From Scyliorhinus canicula (Eukaryota): a stretch of DNA of 64,000 nt. Below the pieces are notes generated by a model. It saw only the letters and a list, made by a program, of their open reading frames with translations, had not been told where the DNA came from and did not search any database. How positions within the stretch are numbered: position 1 is the stretch's first letter; each line of letters starts with the position of its first letter. Positions 38,501 to 51,793 of this stretch are shown in pieces. The stretch spans positions 6,305,337 through 6,369,336 of the forward strand of contig NC_052172.1 in assembly GCF_902713615.1 (NCBI RefSeq), in the 5' to 3' direction. A program made the position numbers and the translations under genes.

Positions 38501-39580
38501 TCCCGGAGGTGGAGGATAGATGTGAACGGTACCAAGTAGACCCCGCCAACCACGCCCACATGTTCTGGTCTTGCCCCAGACTTGTGGAGTACTGACAGCC
38601 TTCTTTGAGGCAATGTCCAAAGTGGTGGGGGTGAGGGTGGAGCCATGCCCAATAGTGGCGGTCATCGGGGTCTAGGACCATCCAGATCTATTCCTGGGGA
38701 GGAGGGCGGACGCCCTTGGCTTTGCCTCCCTGATCGACCACCATAGAATCCTGTTTGGCTGGAGGTCAGCAGCACCACCCAGATCTGCAGACTGGCCGTC
38801 CAACCTCTCGGAATCTCTCCAAATGGAGAAAATCAAATTCGCCATCCGAGGGTCAGAGGACGGCTTCCACAGAATGTGGGAGCCATTCATGCGACTGTTC
38901 CAGGACCTGTTCGAGGCCAACGAACAAGAGGAAGTATAGCCAGGTAGCCAAGAATCAGGGGAAAGTAGTCAAGAATCATGGGAAAGTAGCCAAGGCATGA
39001 ACAGAAGAGATAGACCAGGAGGGAGGGAGGGAGGGAGGGGGGAGACAGCTAAACCTGAGGAAAGAAAGGTGAACCACGTGGGGGGGGGGGGGGGTGACAA
39101 GAGAGGAGAACCAGCGAGGTGGGGGGGGGGCAGGGAAATGGGAGCCGGAAGGCAGGCACGGGATACCTAAACGAGCATGACATCTCCAGGAGCGGGGAAC
39201 GAGGAAAATAAAGATGGAGGACGGGAGGAGCAGCAGAAGTGGAGGCGAACGCGAGACGGCAGCGAGATCCGTCCAGGAGAAACAGGCGACCACAACACGA
39301 AACACAGCCAAGTATCACACACTGTAATTATCTCCCTGGCACCCAAATGTATATTTGCCTCGCCAATCCCCACCCCCCCTTCCCGCCCCGCAAACAGTCG
39401 CCTACTTACGTGGTGTAAATAATTTTGCTTGGTGTAGAGAGCTGCCGCTGTCGAGCTGGTGCACAATACCCTACTAGTTACTCTATTTCATTTTTTATTG
39501 TATTATTTTTTACTATGTACTATTTTCTTCTCTTTGGTATGTTTGGGTGTGCCCTTCTCTTCTATACATGTGTATATATA
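32561..39580 (+). mobile_element. Near full-length L1-clade LINE with frameshifts
   Basis: ORF1 about 33332-34291 (ENRSRRQNVRIMGLPEG). ORF2 from 35141: APE endonuclease (TWNVRGL), RT (QTGFIKGR, LDAVKAFD, RQGCPLSP, YADD) and C-terminal HMFWSC. No poly-A or TSD; about 135 bp of host sequence is missing at the 3' junction. Confidence 0.92.
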
Positions 39581-40965
39581 CACGCCCCTCCTCCATTTGA
39601 ACCAGTCGGAATCGAGTTTGGGTTTCAATCCCCCTCCCGGTCTTTCTCTCGGTACCTTACTCTGCCTCGCCCTGTCGAACATTTTCTCCCTGTCCATCAC
39701 TCTCTCCGGATACATTGATCCGAAGGGTAACACTCTCCCCTTTCTTCTCTCTCTCACATACACTCTATCTGTGTTTGTGTGCAAGACCGTGTGTAGGTCT
39801 GTGTGCCTGTGAATGCTTTTTTCCTGTTTCGCTTTCTCCACCTGGCTCTCTGTCTTTCTTACGCCTTTCCCCCTCTCGCTCCTTGTCTCACCCTCTCTGT
39901 ACCATTGCTTCACGTCATATCGATTTTCTTTCATTCAGACCACCCCCACCGCTCCCCACGGTTCACACAATGACAATTCCACACCCTCCGCCACTGTCAC
40001 CCATGCACATCCATCTTTCTGTCTCTCATTCTCTCCCTCTTAAAAAAAACAACATTGTGACATTAATGTGTGCTCACTGGAACTAACCTCCCGTGAGATT
40101 GGAGGACAGGAATTATTGTATATTAAGTGGAAATATTGTGTATTAATTGGGAATATTTAGCCCAGTAACAGGTAGATCTTTATTTGGAATCCCCTCTTAA
40201 TAAGGAATGAGGGAGAACTGAAGCGTGGAAACGTGAGCGACAAAGGAGCTCCGTTCAAATTATCACAGGAATTATATCAGGAACATGGGATAGTGAGGAA
40301 TGTTTGGATATACGCAACCAATCAGAAATTACTATCGTAATTTATTGCACTTTTCGGATTGGTTATTCCAATTAATCACATCTTGATTCTTAATTGCCAA
40401 AAAATATGAGATATGGCTGGTCTCAGTGTGTCCAATGTAAGTCCAGCCGGGCTCAATGTCAAACTGCAGATCGATTGCATTCTCTTATACAAACACTTTC
40501 TCGGCTTCTGAGTGACCTGCTCCTGTAACAATTTCAAGGGGATTGTCTCGCTTCCCCCTGTTTCTTTGTGAGAGATTGGAAGAATCTGAGCGGCTTCTCC
40601 TGTTTCTGCCGCGCTTATTAAGCATGTTCCAGGCAGTTGAGTGTTACATGATCCCAGGCCACCCCATGTCAGTATTAAAATCCTGATATTATTTTCTGAT
40701 AGTGACCACCTCTTAGTTTTTTGTCTACTTTGTTATTTTTTAAAAGAACGATTTCACATTTGACAAAAAGAAGGTGGTTAATCCCTTTCCCGGTGTCTCT
40801 TTATCGCATATTTCACATTTATTCTACCCTGTCCCTTCATATTTTCAGAAGCACCACCTCCCTGCAAAAGAAATGCAGAAGCACCGCAGTATTTTATGAT
40901 TCATTGCTGTTTTCTGCCCCATTTGGGTTTTCTGTTGAACTGTTCGTCTCTCCAAGACACCAGGA

Positions 40966-41388
40966 AGACTCCAGGCGCAGCTGTACTCGACAGAGTGACC
41001 TGCCCCGAAGTTGGACGACACCAGACGCATCTCGGAATCATCCGGCAACTCCGCCTGAGGCCGTTCACCGATCTCTCTGGATTTATGTAACTGGAGCCCG
41101 GAGAGACAAACACAGGGTATTTTCTGTGCCAGCATATATCAAGAATCTTCGCGGCGTCGAAAATGTGTTTCCGTTCCATTCCCTCCCCAGGAATGTGCAT
41201 ACTGCGGTGGGAATGTGGCGGATAATTTGCGTGTTAACATCCAATAAGAGATGCAGAGGGGAGGAGGTCAGTAAACTGCGACGTTCTGGAAAAATAATAA
41301 AGAGTGTATAAAGTGGCATTAGCAACGGCATTTTTTGTTAGAAACTCCATACGGAGAAAGAGGATTATCAGACCCTGTAATAGAGCAT
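40966..41388 (-). pseudogene. TRBV: Decayed CAWS-family V pseudogene C2
   Basis: Paralog of C1 (..EMRLVSSNFGAGHSVEYSCAWS). Leader remnant 41388-41353; nonamer-like remnant near 40927-40935; heptamer lost. Confidence 0.8.
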
Positions 41389-41449
41389 TTTGCCCGTCTA
41401 ACCTAAAACCTTCTGCACTTCCGGGGTCTATATCCCTCTATTCTCATCC

Positions 41450-41630
41450 TATTTAGCTCACTCGGTTAAATCGCTGGCTTTGAAAGCAGACCAAGCAGGC
41501 CAGCAGCACAATTTGATTCCCGTACCAGCCTCCCCAGACAGGCGCCGGAATATGGCGACTAGAGGCTTTTCACAGTAACGTCATTGAAGCCTACTAGTGA
41601 CAATAAGCGATTTTCATTTCATTTCAATAT
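41450..41630 (+). mobile_element. Short tRNA-SINE with a (TTCAT)n tail (near full length)
   Basis: tttagctcactcgg A-box-like, degenerate B-box atttgattcc, body cccgtaccagcctcccc..gtgacaataagcgattttcatt. Truncated copies at 13063-13170, 57955-58061 and 58496-58609. Confidence 0.75.
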
Positions 41631-42400
41631 AGCACAATTTGCGGATGATACTAAAATAAGTGGGAAAGTGGGCAGTGAAGATAAGATGACGATTTTATAG
41701 ATGGATATAGGTCGGCTACGAGATTGGGCTAAAATGCGGCAGATGGAATATAATGGAGAGAAGTTTGAGGTTATATATTTTGGTCGAAAAATTAGAAAGT
41801 CAAATTATTATCCAAATAGAAAACAGATTCAAGATGCGTCTGGGCAGATGGTTCTGGGTGTCTTTGTTCATGAATCACAGAATGTCGGTATGCAGATGCA
41901 CCATGTAATTAAAAAGACAAATGGAATGTTTATTGCAAAAGGACAGAAGTATAAAGGTAGAGAAGATTTGTTGCAATTTAACAGGATGTTTGTGAGACCA
42001 CATCTGCACTATTGTGTCCAGTTTTGGTCTCCTTATTTGAGGAGGGATTTGGTGGCATTAGAGGCAGTTCAGAGGAGGTTCACGAGATTGAGTTCAGGGA
42101 TGAAAGGGTTTACATACGAGGAGAGATTGAAAATTTTGGGCTTATGCTCGCTGGAGTATGGGAAGACGAGAGGAGGTCTGCTCGAGGTATATAAAATACT
42201 AAGAGGAATTGATAAAGTAAAGGTAGACCAAATGTTCCATCTTGTGGGGAAATCTAGAACGAGAGGTCACAGAAATAGGTTGAGAGTCGGTAAATTCCAA
42301 ACTGAGAATAGGAAGATCTATTTTTCGCAGAGGGTGATGAATTTGTGGACCTTGCTGTCACCATAGTGCGGTGGAGTCTCTGAATCATAAACTGCTTCCA
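41630..42400 (+). mobile_element. CR1 RT C-terminal fragment
   Basis: ORF 41701-42366: VRPHLHYCVQFWSPYLRRD..SRTRGH. Confidence 0.85.
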
Positions 42401-42959
42401 AGAATTAATTAGATATTTTTCTGATTTAAAAAAAAAACGCTTGAAAGTCCAAAGGTATGCACGTTAGGTGGATTGGACATGATAAATTGCCCTTAGTGTC
42501 CAAAATTGCCGTTAGTGTTGGGTGAGGTTACTGGGTTATGGGGATAGGGTGGAGGTGTTAACCTTGGGTAGGGTGCTCTTTCCATGAGCCGGTGCAGACT
42601 CGATGGGCCGAATGCAGCACTCGAATAAAAGAACCAGGAGCAGGAGTGGGTAATTCAGCCCCTCGATTCCGCTCCGCCATTCAATATGATCATGGCTGAT
42701 CTCCTCTCGTCCTCAACTACACTTTCCTGCCCGTTCTCCATAACCCTTCAATATCAAAATCTGTCCATCTCCTCCTTAAATTGACTCAATTTTCGGGCAT
42801 CTACCGTTCTCTGGGCTAGTGAATTCCACAGATTCACGACCGTTTTAGAGAAGTAATTCCTCCTTGTCGCTGTTTTTAATCTGCTGTCCATTATCCTAAA
42901 CTATGACTTTAGGAGGGCAAATGTAGACTCAATGGGCCGAATGGCCACCTTATGCAGTG

Positions 42960-43160
42960 TCGGAATGCTATCTCTCCCTCCAGGAAAAGAAGTATAGCGG
43001 GGAAGGGGATATGTGTTTGGTGGTGGCATCAAGGGAGAGGTCACAGAAATGGCGGAGGACGATCTACTAAATACTGAGGCTGGTGGCGTTAAATATGAGG
43101 ACAAGAGGAGATTTATCATTGCTCTGGGAGGGAGGGGAATGGTGAGAGTAGGAAACGGAA
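42960..43160 (-). mobile_element. Penelope-like element fragment (also about 15480-15630 and 60900-61100)
   Basis: Minus frame reads DKSPLVLIFNATSLSI**IVLRHF..DATTKHISPSP, resembling elasmobranch PLE-type ORFs as I recall them; not database-checked. Confidence 0.45.
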
Positions 43161-44489
43161 TAGACATGATCAGGGGGCCTGGAAACCAAGGCGAAAATGA
43201 GAGGAAATATTTGGAAGTTGAAACGTTTCACCAGCTGAGCTAATGCGATGGAGACTGAGAAACTGGAGCAGAATAGTCCCGGGAAACTGAATGTGTGGCT
43301 GTATCACTGAACTGTACCGAATGGCCCGCTCCAAAGGATTGTGTATGTTAATCATTGAATACACTTAGGGCTGCGAACTGACAAATGTTTGGTCTCTCAG
43401 GGAATCAAGAAATATGGGGAGCATGCGGCGACGCTGGCTTAAAGCCCGATGAAAGAACCAAATCATATTGGAATTGTTTTTCAAATCTTTAGTAGTCCAC
43501 TGAGTGCTGAAGGGGTTACACCTCTTCGGCATCGATCTGTATTACACACACACACAGGATGTTTAGCTGCAGCGAATCATCCCAAGGATACACTTGCTGG
43601 CGACGGAACCCCAGGAAATACGAGCAACAGATGGTCATTGTCAAGGATGGCATTTTCACCATTTGCACTGGTGCCTCGTTGCCTGGAGACAGAGACATAA
43701 TCATACAGAATTGCTCATTGCTGTAACAATGATCCAGCATTCGAACAAAAGAACCAGGAGCTGGAGTGGGAAATTCAGCCCCTCAATTCCGCTCCGCTAT
43801 TCAATATGAATGAGAGGAGTCAGACAAAAGTGATGATACCCAGAGGGCTCACAAAGAGAAATGATGAAAAACGTTAGAGGACAGCATCTGCAAGTCTTTG
43901 TTGATTGGATATTACAATTAACTAGACATTCCGATATTATGATTGATTAATTGTTCTAATATACTACGCATGATGTAGACCTACTCGGTTGTCATGATTG
44001 GACAGAGAAAACTAGTAACAAATGATCGGTACATGCTAGTTTCTTGCATTAAAATTTTGAGTATAGCTATGGGTGTAACCCTTGAAAAAGGGCTCTCGAG
44101 TGTTCCAGCTTGGAATATCATCAGCCTAATGTAATAAAGGCCTTGTTCATAACTCCAAGAGTTTTCTCGTGACCGTCAGGGTGAAGTACACTGCATTTGA
44201 ATAGCTGTATAATGTCCCCTCAACAAAGCGCAAGATTGTCCATATTGAATGGCGAGCAGCCTTGAATGGCAAGTGAAAGTGGGCCAGGTACCTCCATTCC
44301 GAGACTCCGGAGGATGCCCAGTGGAGACCTCCCACAGTCTTATGCACTAAATCACGCCTCTCACTATCTCCCTCCACTGGTAGCCGTGTGTATGGCTCAT
44401 TGCACCCAATACATCTGTACACGCAGGAATTATTCTTTCATTACTTTATCTGTCTGCCTGTCTATCGATGCATAGCATTAGGTAGCAGA

Positions 44490-45055
44490 GGGAAGCAGAG
44501 TAAATGGTAGAACTCTTTGGAATGTAGAAAGTCAGAGAGATATGGGCGTGCATGTCCACAGACCTTTAAAGTGGCAACACAATTGGACAAGGTAGTCAAT
44601 AAAGGATACCGACTGCTTGCCCTCAGTGGATGGGGCATTGCGTATAAAAACTGAAAAGTCATGCTACAGTTGTATGGAACCTTGGTAAGACCGCACTTGG
44701 AATATTGTGCATAATTCTGGCCACCACATCACCAGAAGATGTGGTAGCTTTGGAGAGGGTGCAGAGGAGGTTGACCAGGATGTTGCCTGGTCGGGAGGGT
44801 GTTAGCTATGTGGGGAATAGACTCTGACTGTTTTCATTAGAAAGACAGAGGTTAAAGGGTGACTGATAGAGGTCTACAATATTATGAGGGAGATGGATAG
44901 CGTGGATGGGCAGGCATCTCGACACATACATGAATAGGATGGGTATAGTGGGATACGGCACTTGGGACTGCTGTGATTTTTTGCAAAGGGTGGTATCATG
45001 ACCAGTACAAGCTTGGAGGGCCGAAGGGCCTGCTCCTGTGCTGTACTGGTCTTTG
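44490..45055 (+). mobile_element. CR1 3' fragment (paralog of 19715-20275)
   Basis: Collinear sequence with the same flanks. Confidence 0.8.
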
Positions 45056-45426
45056 CTCTATTGTATCTGGATAGCCTGTCATCAACAGGTCATTCAGCTG
45101 AGAAATTGGGTTGGATTTTATAAGGCACCAATTGATCGGAAATCAGGCAGGTGGACCTTTAAACTAGTGCGCTGCCCCATTGGCCGCTGCCAGCCCACCT
45201 AATTGGCCTTAACCTGCGGCAACTCCAACCCAATATTATTGATCCTGCAGTTTGCTGGCAAGTGAAAGTCGGCCAGGTACCTCCATTCCGAGTCACTGGA
45301 GGAGGTCCATTGGAAACCTCCAGAGTTTTGCTTCACCATGTACAACCTCCCCGCACCCTCTTTCCATACGCTTGGCCTTGCTATCCCGAGATGCTGGATT
45401 TACCGCGAGGTCCAGCTCCATGCCAT

Positions 45427-45780
45427 GGGGCAGCATGGTAGCATTGTGGATAGCACAATCGCTTCACAGCTCCAGGGTCCCAGGTTCGATTCCGACTTGG
45501 GTCACTGTCTGTGCGGAGTCTACACATCCTCCCCATGTGTGCGTGGGTTTCCTCCGGGTGCTCCGGTTTCCTCCCACAGTCCAAAAGATGTGCAGGTTAG
45601 GTGGATTGGCCATGATAAATTGCCCTTAGTGTCCAAAATTGCCCTTAGTGTTGGGTGGGGTTACTGGGTTATGGGGATAGGGTGGATTTGTTGACCTTGG
45701 GTAGGGTGCTCTTTCCAAGAGCCGGTGCAGACTCGATGGGCTGAATGGCCTCCTTCTGCACTGTAAATTCTATGTAAATC
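45427..45780 (+). mobile_element. HE1-like SINE
   Basis: A/B boxes, core and gaatggcctccttctgcactg tail. Partial copies at 18710-18850, 42435-42615 and 62520-62730. Confidence 0.85.
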
Positions 45781-46049
45781 ACTGAACACATCCTCCTTGG
45801 TCTCTCTGCAGCCCCAGCAGTCGCCACTGCTGGCACTGCAGAGCTGCCAGCCTCCCATCGGTTAGCAAGTCCATGAGATGAGATTTCCTCCTGGAGTGGG
45901 ACCCAAAGTCTTGCCTCATATCAATTAAAGACTCAGCTGGTATAAAATTAAATTGTGGAGACATAACCGTGTGTAGGCCGCCTAATGTGTTTGAGGGTTT
46001 GACGTGCGTGTTTGAATCTGGCCGCAAAAAGACACTTTTAAACAAATGT

Positions 46050-47580
46050 CATTCGCGGGTTGTGGATGTCGCAGGTTCGGCCAACATTTATTACCCATCC
46101 TTGGTTGCCCTTCAGAAGGTGGTGGTGAGTTGCCTTTCGGAACTACTGCAGTCCCTGAAGTGTAGGTACACCCGTAGTGCTGTTAGAGAGGGAGTTACAG
46201 GATTTGGACCCTGCAACAGTGAAGGAACAGACGATTGTTTCCAAGTCGGGGTGGTCAGTGACTTGGAGGGGAACCTCCACGTGGTAGGTTCCCATGTATC
46301 TGCTGCTCTTCTCCTTCTTTATGATAGTTGTCGTGAGGTTGAAAGGTGCTTTCGAAGGAACCTTGGTGAGTTTCAGTGTTGCATCTTGTAGACAGTACAC
46401 AAGGCTGCCGCTGTTCATCGGTGGAGGGGCATTTGAACGTTTGTGGGATGGGGAGAAATCAAGCGGCCTTGTTTGTCATTGATGGTGTCGAGCTTGAGTG
46501 TTGGTGGAGCTGCACTTATCCAGACAAGTGGAGAGTATTCCATTACACTCATGACTTGTGCCTTGCAGATGGTGTGTGTGGGGTTGGGGGGCGGGGGGGG
46601 GGGGGGGGGCTCAGGAGGTGACATACGCGTCCTCGGATTTGACCTGCTCTGAACTCCACAGTATTAATCAGGCTAGTGCAGCTCAGTTTCCTATAATTGG
46701 TAACCCATGGGCCTCACGGTAGCATGGTGGTTAGCATCAATGCTTCACAGCTCCAGGGTCCCAGGTTCGATTCCCGGCTGGGTCACTGTCTGTGCGGAGT
46801 CTGCACGTCCTCCCCGTGTGTGCGTGGGTTTCCTCCGGGTGCTCCGGTTTCCTCCCACAGTCCAAAGATGTGCGGGTTAGGTGGATTGGCCATGCTAAAT
46901 TGCCCGTAGTGTCCTAATAAAGTAAGGTTAATGGGGGGGATTGTTGGGTTACGGGTATACGGGTTACGTGGGTTTAAGTAGGGTGATCATTGCTCGGCAC
47001 AACATCGAGGGCCGAAGGGCCTGTTCTGTGCTGTACTGTTCTATTCTATTCTAAGATGTTAATTGTGGGGGATTCAGCGATGGTAATGCCATTAAATGTT
47101 AAGGGGCGGTGGTTAGATCCTCTCTTGTAGGAGCTGGCCATTATCTGGCTCTTCAGTGGCGCGCATGTAACTTGCCACTTGCCAGCCCAAGCTTGAATAT
47201 TGTCCACGCCTTGCTGCATTTGGACATGAACTGCTTTATTATCTGAGGAATGTCGAATGTTACTGGACATTGTGCAGTCATGCACAAACATCCCCACTTC
47301 TGACCTGATGATAGAAGGGAGGTCATTGATGAAACAGCATGAGATGGTTTGGTCTAGGACACTACCCTGAGGAACTCCTGTAGTGAAGTCCCGGAGTTGA
47401 GATGATTGACCTCCAACCACGACAACTGTCTTCCTTTGTGCGAGGTCTGACTCCAACCAGCGGAAAGGTTTTCCCCTAATTGCCCTTGTCTCCAGTTCAG
47501 CTAGGACACCTTGATGCCATACTCTGTCAAATGCTGCCTTGATGTCAAGGGCAGTCACTCTCACCTCACCTTTTACGACC
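46050..47580 (-). mobile_element. Paralogous CR1/L2-group LINE fragment with a nested HE1 SINE
   Basis: ORF 47046-47582: ALDIKAAFDRVWH..GVPQGSVL; its 3' end recurs at 63840-64000. Confidence 0.8.
46709..47052 (+). mobile_element. HE1-like SINE (young, full length)
   Basis: As 16841-17178, with a (TTCTA)n tail. Confidence 0.88.
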
Positions 47581-48085
47581 ATGCAGTAGTTTCATGGGCA
47601 TTAATTCTGATACTAATACCAGCTTCCTTATTGGAGATTTGATTAAACCTGCTGCCAGGGCAGAAAGTTAAACTCATGCCCGTGCAACATCAGCCGAGTC
47701 TTCTTTCCGACTACATCAGCAACATTTCCACAATGCTCCCATTTAGACGCAGACACAGCAGCGGCTGCAGACGAGGCGGTGAAATACAGCGTTGTGCATA
47801 CAATTGGCTGGATTAATACTAATACCAACCACTCAGTGAGAAGCTGGCGAACGATTCAGACTCACTGTAAGTGTTGCGGTTTTAATCTAACTTCAGACTC
47901 TGCACTCAACGGATTAAAAGTAAATATCCAGAATGCGCATTAGCTCCACCCCGGAAATGACAGTTTGGAGCCAACAATCAATAAGAAGTTGGTCCTTTAC
48001 ACTTTGAACAACTTGGTGGAGGAAACAATCACTGTAACTTAATGCCCATAATTCCAGATATCGTATAGTTAATCATCCTGTGAAG

Positions 48086-48948
48086 ATGCTTGTGTGTCGG
48101 CTCTGGGTTCTGTTACTGTTGTTACGCGGTAAGGTGGAACTGGCCTTTGAGGCATTATTTATCCTAACTGTTCTGTTTCCCGACTAAGGTTTAATTAGCT
48201 TTCCGGAGTCATTCACACCGCTTGCAGGTGTCGGCTCCCTCTACCTCTGATTGTTGCCGCTGTTTCTCACAGTCTTCCTCTCCCTATCACCCTATCTTTC
48301 TTTCCCCGACACTCTGTTGTTCTCTTTTTCGACTTTCTTCAGATCAACACTTCCTTCGTCCCATTGTCTCTCAGCGCCTCTGCCTGTTTCCGCTCACTCT
48401 TTTTCTCAGTCTGTCCGTTCCATGGCTTATCGATTGTCTTTGGTTTCACCACTGCTTCTCTCTCTCTCGCTATTGCCTTGTCTCTGTCGTTATCGCCTCT
48501 CTCTTCATTTGGCTTTCGCTTTTTATCTATCTCTATATCGTTGCCTTACTCTACAGCTCCCATTCTCGCCGCCCCTCCCTTTACCGCTCGATTCTGTACC
48601 CGCTCCAAGGGTCACAATTTTAACATGTCAGTCTTTTGACTCTGTTTTACAGATGTGGCTTCCGTGCAGGTCGAACAGACTCCAGCTCACATATCTAGCT
48701 CCCCGGGCCGGTCAGTCAGCATCAAATGCATTTGTACAAAAGCAGATGCTGGCAGCCGTTTCTACTGGTATCGGTGGCACCCTGACCGGGAGCCTCAGAA
48801 CCTCTTCTATTCCATTGGCAACAGCGTCAGTCCCGATGGTGAGGTGGACGGTTTCACCGCCAGAAAAGCCGACAACACCCACTTTTACCTGGAGTCCTCA
48901 GACCTCTGGGCCAATCACTCGGGCGTCTATTACTGCGCCTGGAGTTTA
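48086..48948 (+). CDS. TRBV: TCR beta V segment D2 (CAWS): leader 48086-48128, intron 48129-48652, V exon 48653-48948
   Basis: 43-nt leader MLVCRLWVLLLLLR|GTAAG; intact V exon VQVEQTPA..CIC..WYRW..YYCAWSL. Confidence 0.92.
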
Positions 48949-48987
48949 CACAGTGACTGACAAAGATGGAGGAGCTCAACAAAAACC
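48949..48987 (+). other. Consensus 23-RSS of V-D2
   Basis: CACAGTG 48949-48955, 23-nt spacer, ACAAAAACC 48979-48987. Confidence 0.95.
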
Positions 48988-49004
48988 CCAACTGTGGAGG
49001 ATCT

Positions 49005-49170
49005 GCCTATCTATCCATCTCTCTCTCTCTCTCTATCTACCTATCTGTCTTTCTATCTATGTATGCATCAATCTATCTATCTATCCATCTTCATATGTTT
49101 GTTTATCTATCGATTTATCGATGTATCCTACTACCACAGATCTCTCATGTATCGATATATCTATTTAACC
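49005..49170. repeat. Degenerate (TCTA)n/(CT)n microsatellite downstream of the V-D RSS (also 1-120 and 24349-24880)
   Basis: Direct reading. Confidence 0.85.
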
Positions 49171-51465
49171 ACTAAACATCATTTAATACATTACAATGTT
49201 TAAATACATAAAATAAATCAGGATTTTCTGTTCTGTTAAGCTTGATTCATTGTCTTGCTCCCTTTCACGTCAAGTTGGGTAATATGTTACTAATTATTAG
49301 ATTTGCCCATCACGTCAGCGATATGATCGCCTGTATTTTACGAATAGATTCCAAAGTGGGGTAAATTGCTCAATTCTCGAACTGCAAAAACAGCCAGGGC
49401 TGTGTGACACGGCATTGCAAATAGTCCCCGTTTGTCCCATTCAATATTTCCCAGTGTTACAGGTCAATTAGCGGTTATCCCACCAATTTCACTCTCGCGA
49501 CGAGTCAGTGCTAAGTATCATAAATGATAAAATTATACAAATCAAGTGAAAGCCATTCGTTCCATTTTCTTTATGGAAGAGCTTTCTGAATAGTTAATAC
49601 TATCCTCACCTGTTCTACATCGCAATAGAAAATAACCCACTTCATTTCCTTCTGCAAATCCCTTTTAAAAGTTATGATGGAATGTGCTTCCAATGCCATC
49701 ACAGGCAGTGCCATTCCAGATGATACATTTCACTGTGGGGAAATATTTTATTGATTTCCCCACTGGTCTACTGATCTTGGAATATAGAGGTGAAAATTGT
49801 ATTCAAAGACAACAATCGTAAACGAATTGAATAATAAGGGGGATCGATATTCCGAATGGCTTAATCTATCTCTTGTACACAGATGTTTCCAATCTGGTTC
49901 TTTTACCAATTGCCTCAAATCAATGATCCCTGCTTGGCGACCATCCTGACAGTAGATACTTGTTTCTGAATTCGTTCTCCTTATTTATTTTTGAAACTCT
50001 TCATGGTTTTGAAAATCTCTTTCAAATGTTGCTTTATGTACAATAGGAGCAAACAACGTAATCTGGAAATAGCTAATCTTAGAACCGTTGAATATGTCAT
50101 GGATGATTCACAGTGCAAAATGGCGACATCGCTTCAGAAACCAATTCAGGGCACACCTGGCTCCTGACAGCTGTACGAACATTTGTTGAAAACCGTTGAT
50201 CTATTTCTCTGAAAGATACTCTCTGTCTTTTGAACAATTTTTAAAGCTCTTGGAAGTTCCGCACAGTGAGAAGGTTGTTTTTAAAGAAACTTAGAGTTCT
50301 CAATCCTTTTTTTCCAATTAAGGCGCAATTTAGCGTGGGCAACCCAGCTACACTGCACATTTTTGGATTGTCTAGGTGAGACCCACACAGACACGGGGGG
50401 AATGTGAAAATTCCATACGGACAATGACCCAGGGCCGGGATTGAAGCCGCGTCCTCGGTGCCGTGATGTAGCAGTGCTAAACATTGCGCCACAGTGCACC
50501 ACCAGCACATTCAGAAGTTAACCCTTTAAAATTCAGTTTCGAGGAGGGAAGGTAATCTTTTCTGCTTGAAACAGGAAATCACTTCAACAAGGCTGAAATA
50601 ATTATGAAAACATAAAAAACAGATCAAAGACATTCCATCCATTCATTCCGGATCCGTCACATTGAAAGACCCATTCATTATTCTCACATCATCCATCGCG
50701 CATTTCCTTCAGCTCACCCCATCAATGGCACCTCCATCTCTTTCTTCCCCATTATCTTACCTAGTTCCCCCAAAGCTAAATATGGTATTCGGCACAACCA
50801 ACTTCCTGTGGTAGTGGATTGCATATTCTCACCACTCCTTGTGTAGAGTCCAGGTCAAACTGAAAACTTCTGGCCGGTGCCTCTGAAATATATTTTTCCA
50901 TCCCCTCAGTTTACAGCGAATCAACTCCAAGCATCAAATATGTGCAGGTTAGGTGAGATTACGGGGTTACAGTCATCGGTCGGGGTTTGGACCTAGTTAT
51001 GGTGCTCTTTCCGGCGGTCGGTGCTGACTGCAAACACCAAATACCTTCCTTCTGCACTCTAGGGATTGTATTTAAAATATTCCATATCTTCCAGTCCCGG
51101 TGTCCTGTGCATTTTCAGTACAAGCAGCTTGTCAAATACTTGCACCTGTCCGATATTGAATCCCCGCTATATTAATTACCCCTTCTTTAATTGTGGTCAG
51201 GGCAGTATATTCCTCATTGGTTTTCTCACATTCTCTCTAAAGATTCAATATTCATCATATTTCTAATTTTACTTTCAACCTGACACCTGTGACAAACGCA
51301 CACTTTTTCTTCTTTATTTTAATTTCTAACTCCTTTGTCGTCCAGGTTGCTCTGATTTTGTTTGCCTTATTTATCCCTTTGATGGAATATGCCTTGACAC
51401 TGCGTGAACAATGTCTTCTTTGATATGAGCCTATTTCCCGGTGTGGTTCCAGGTGGGGTTGCCTA

Positions 51466-51793
51466 GGGGCAGCACGGTAGCACTGTGGTTAGCACAGTTA
51501 CTTCACAGTTACAGGGTCCCAGCTTTGATTCCCGGCTTGGATCACTGTCTGTGCGGAGTCCGCACGTTCTCCCCGTGTCTGTGAGGGTTTTCTCCGAGTG
51601 CTCCCGTTTCTTCCCACAGTCCAAAGATGTGCAGTTTAGGTGGATTCGCTATGCTAAATTGCCCAAAGTGTCCAAACAAGGTTAGATGGTGTTACGGGGA
51701 TGGGGTGGAAGTGTGGGCTTAAGTACGGTGCTCTTTGCAAGGGCCTGTACAGCCACGATGGGCCGAATGGCCTCCTTCTGCACTGCAAATTCT
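51466..51793 (+). mobile_element. HE1-like SINE
   Basis: ggggcagcacggtagc head, core and tail. Confidence 0.85.

Noticed and set aside
4139-48948. Ig VH/VL, NAR-TCR or TCR gamma/delta identity for the V segments
   Set aside because: CAWS/CAAR ends, 23-RSS and TRBV20/30-like frameworks fit TCR beta; there are no VH-type WVRQ or IgNAR-type features.
48251-49168. 305-aa ORF (also 23488-24006 and 23507-23971)
   Set aside because: Stop-poor CT-rich intron and microsatellite, read out of frame with the V exon.
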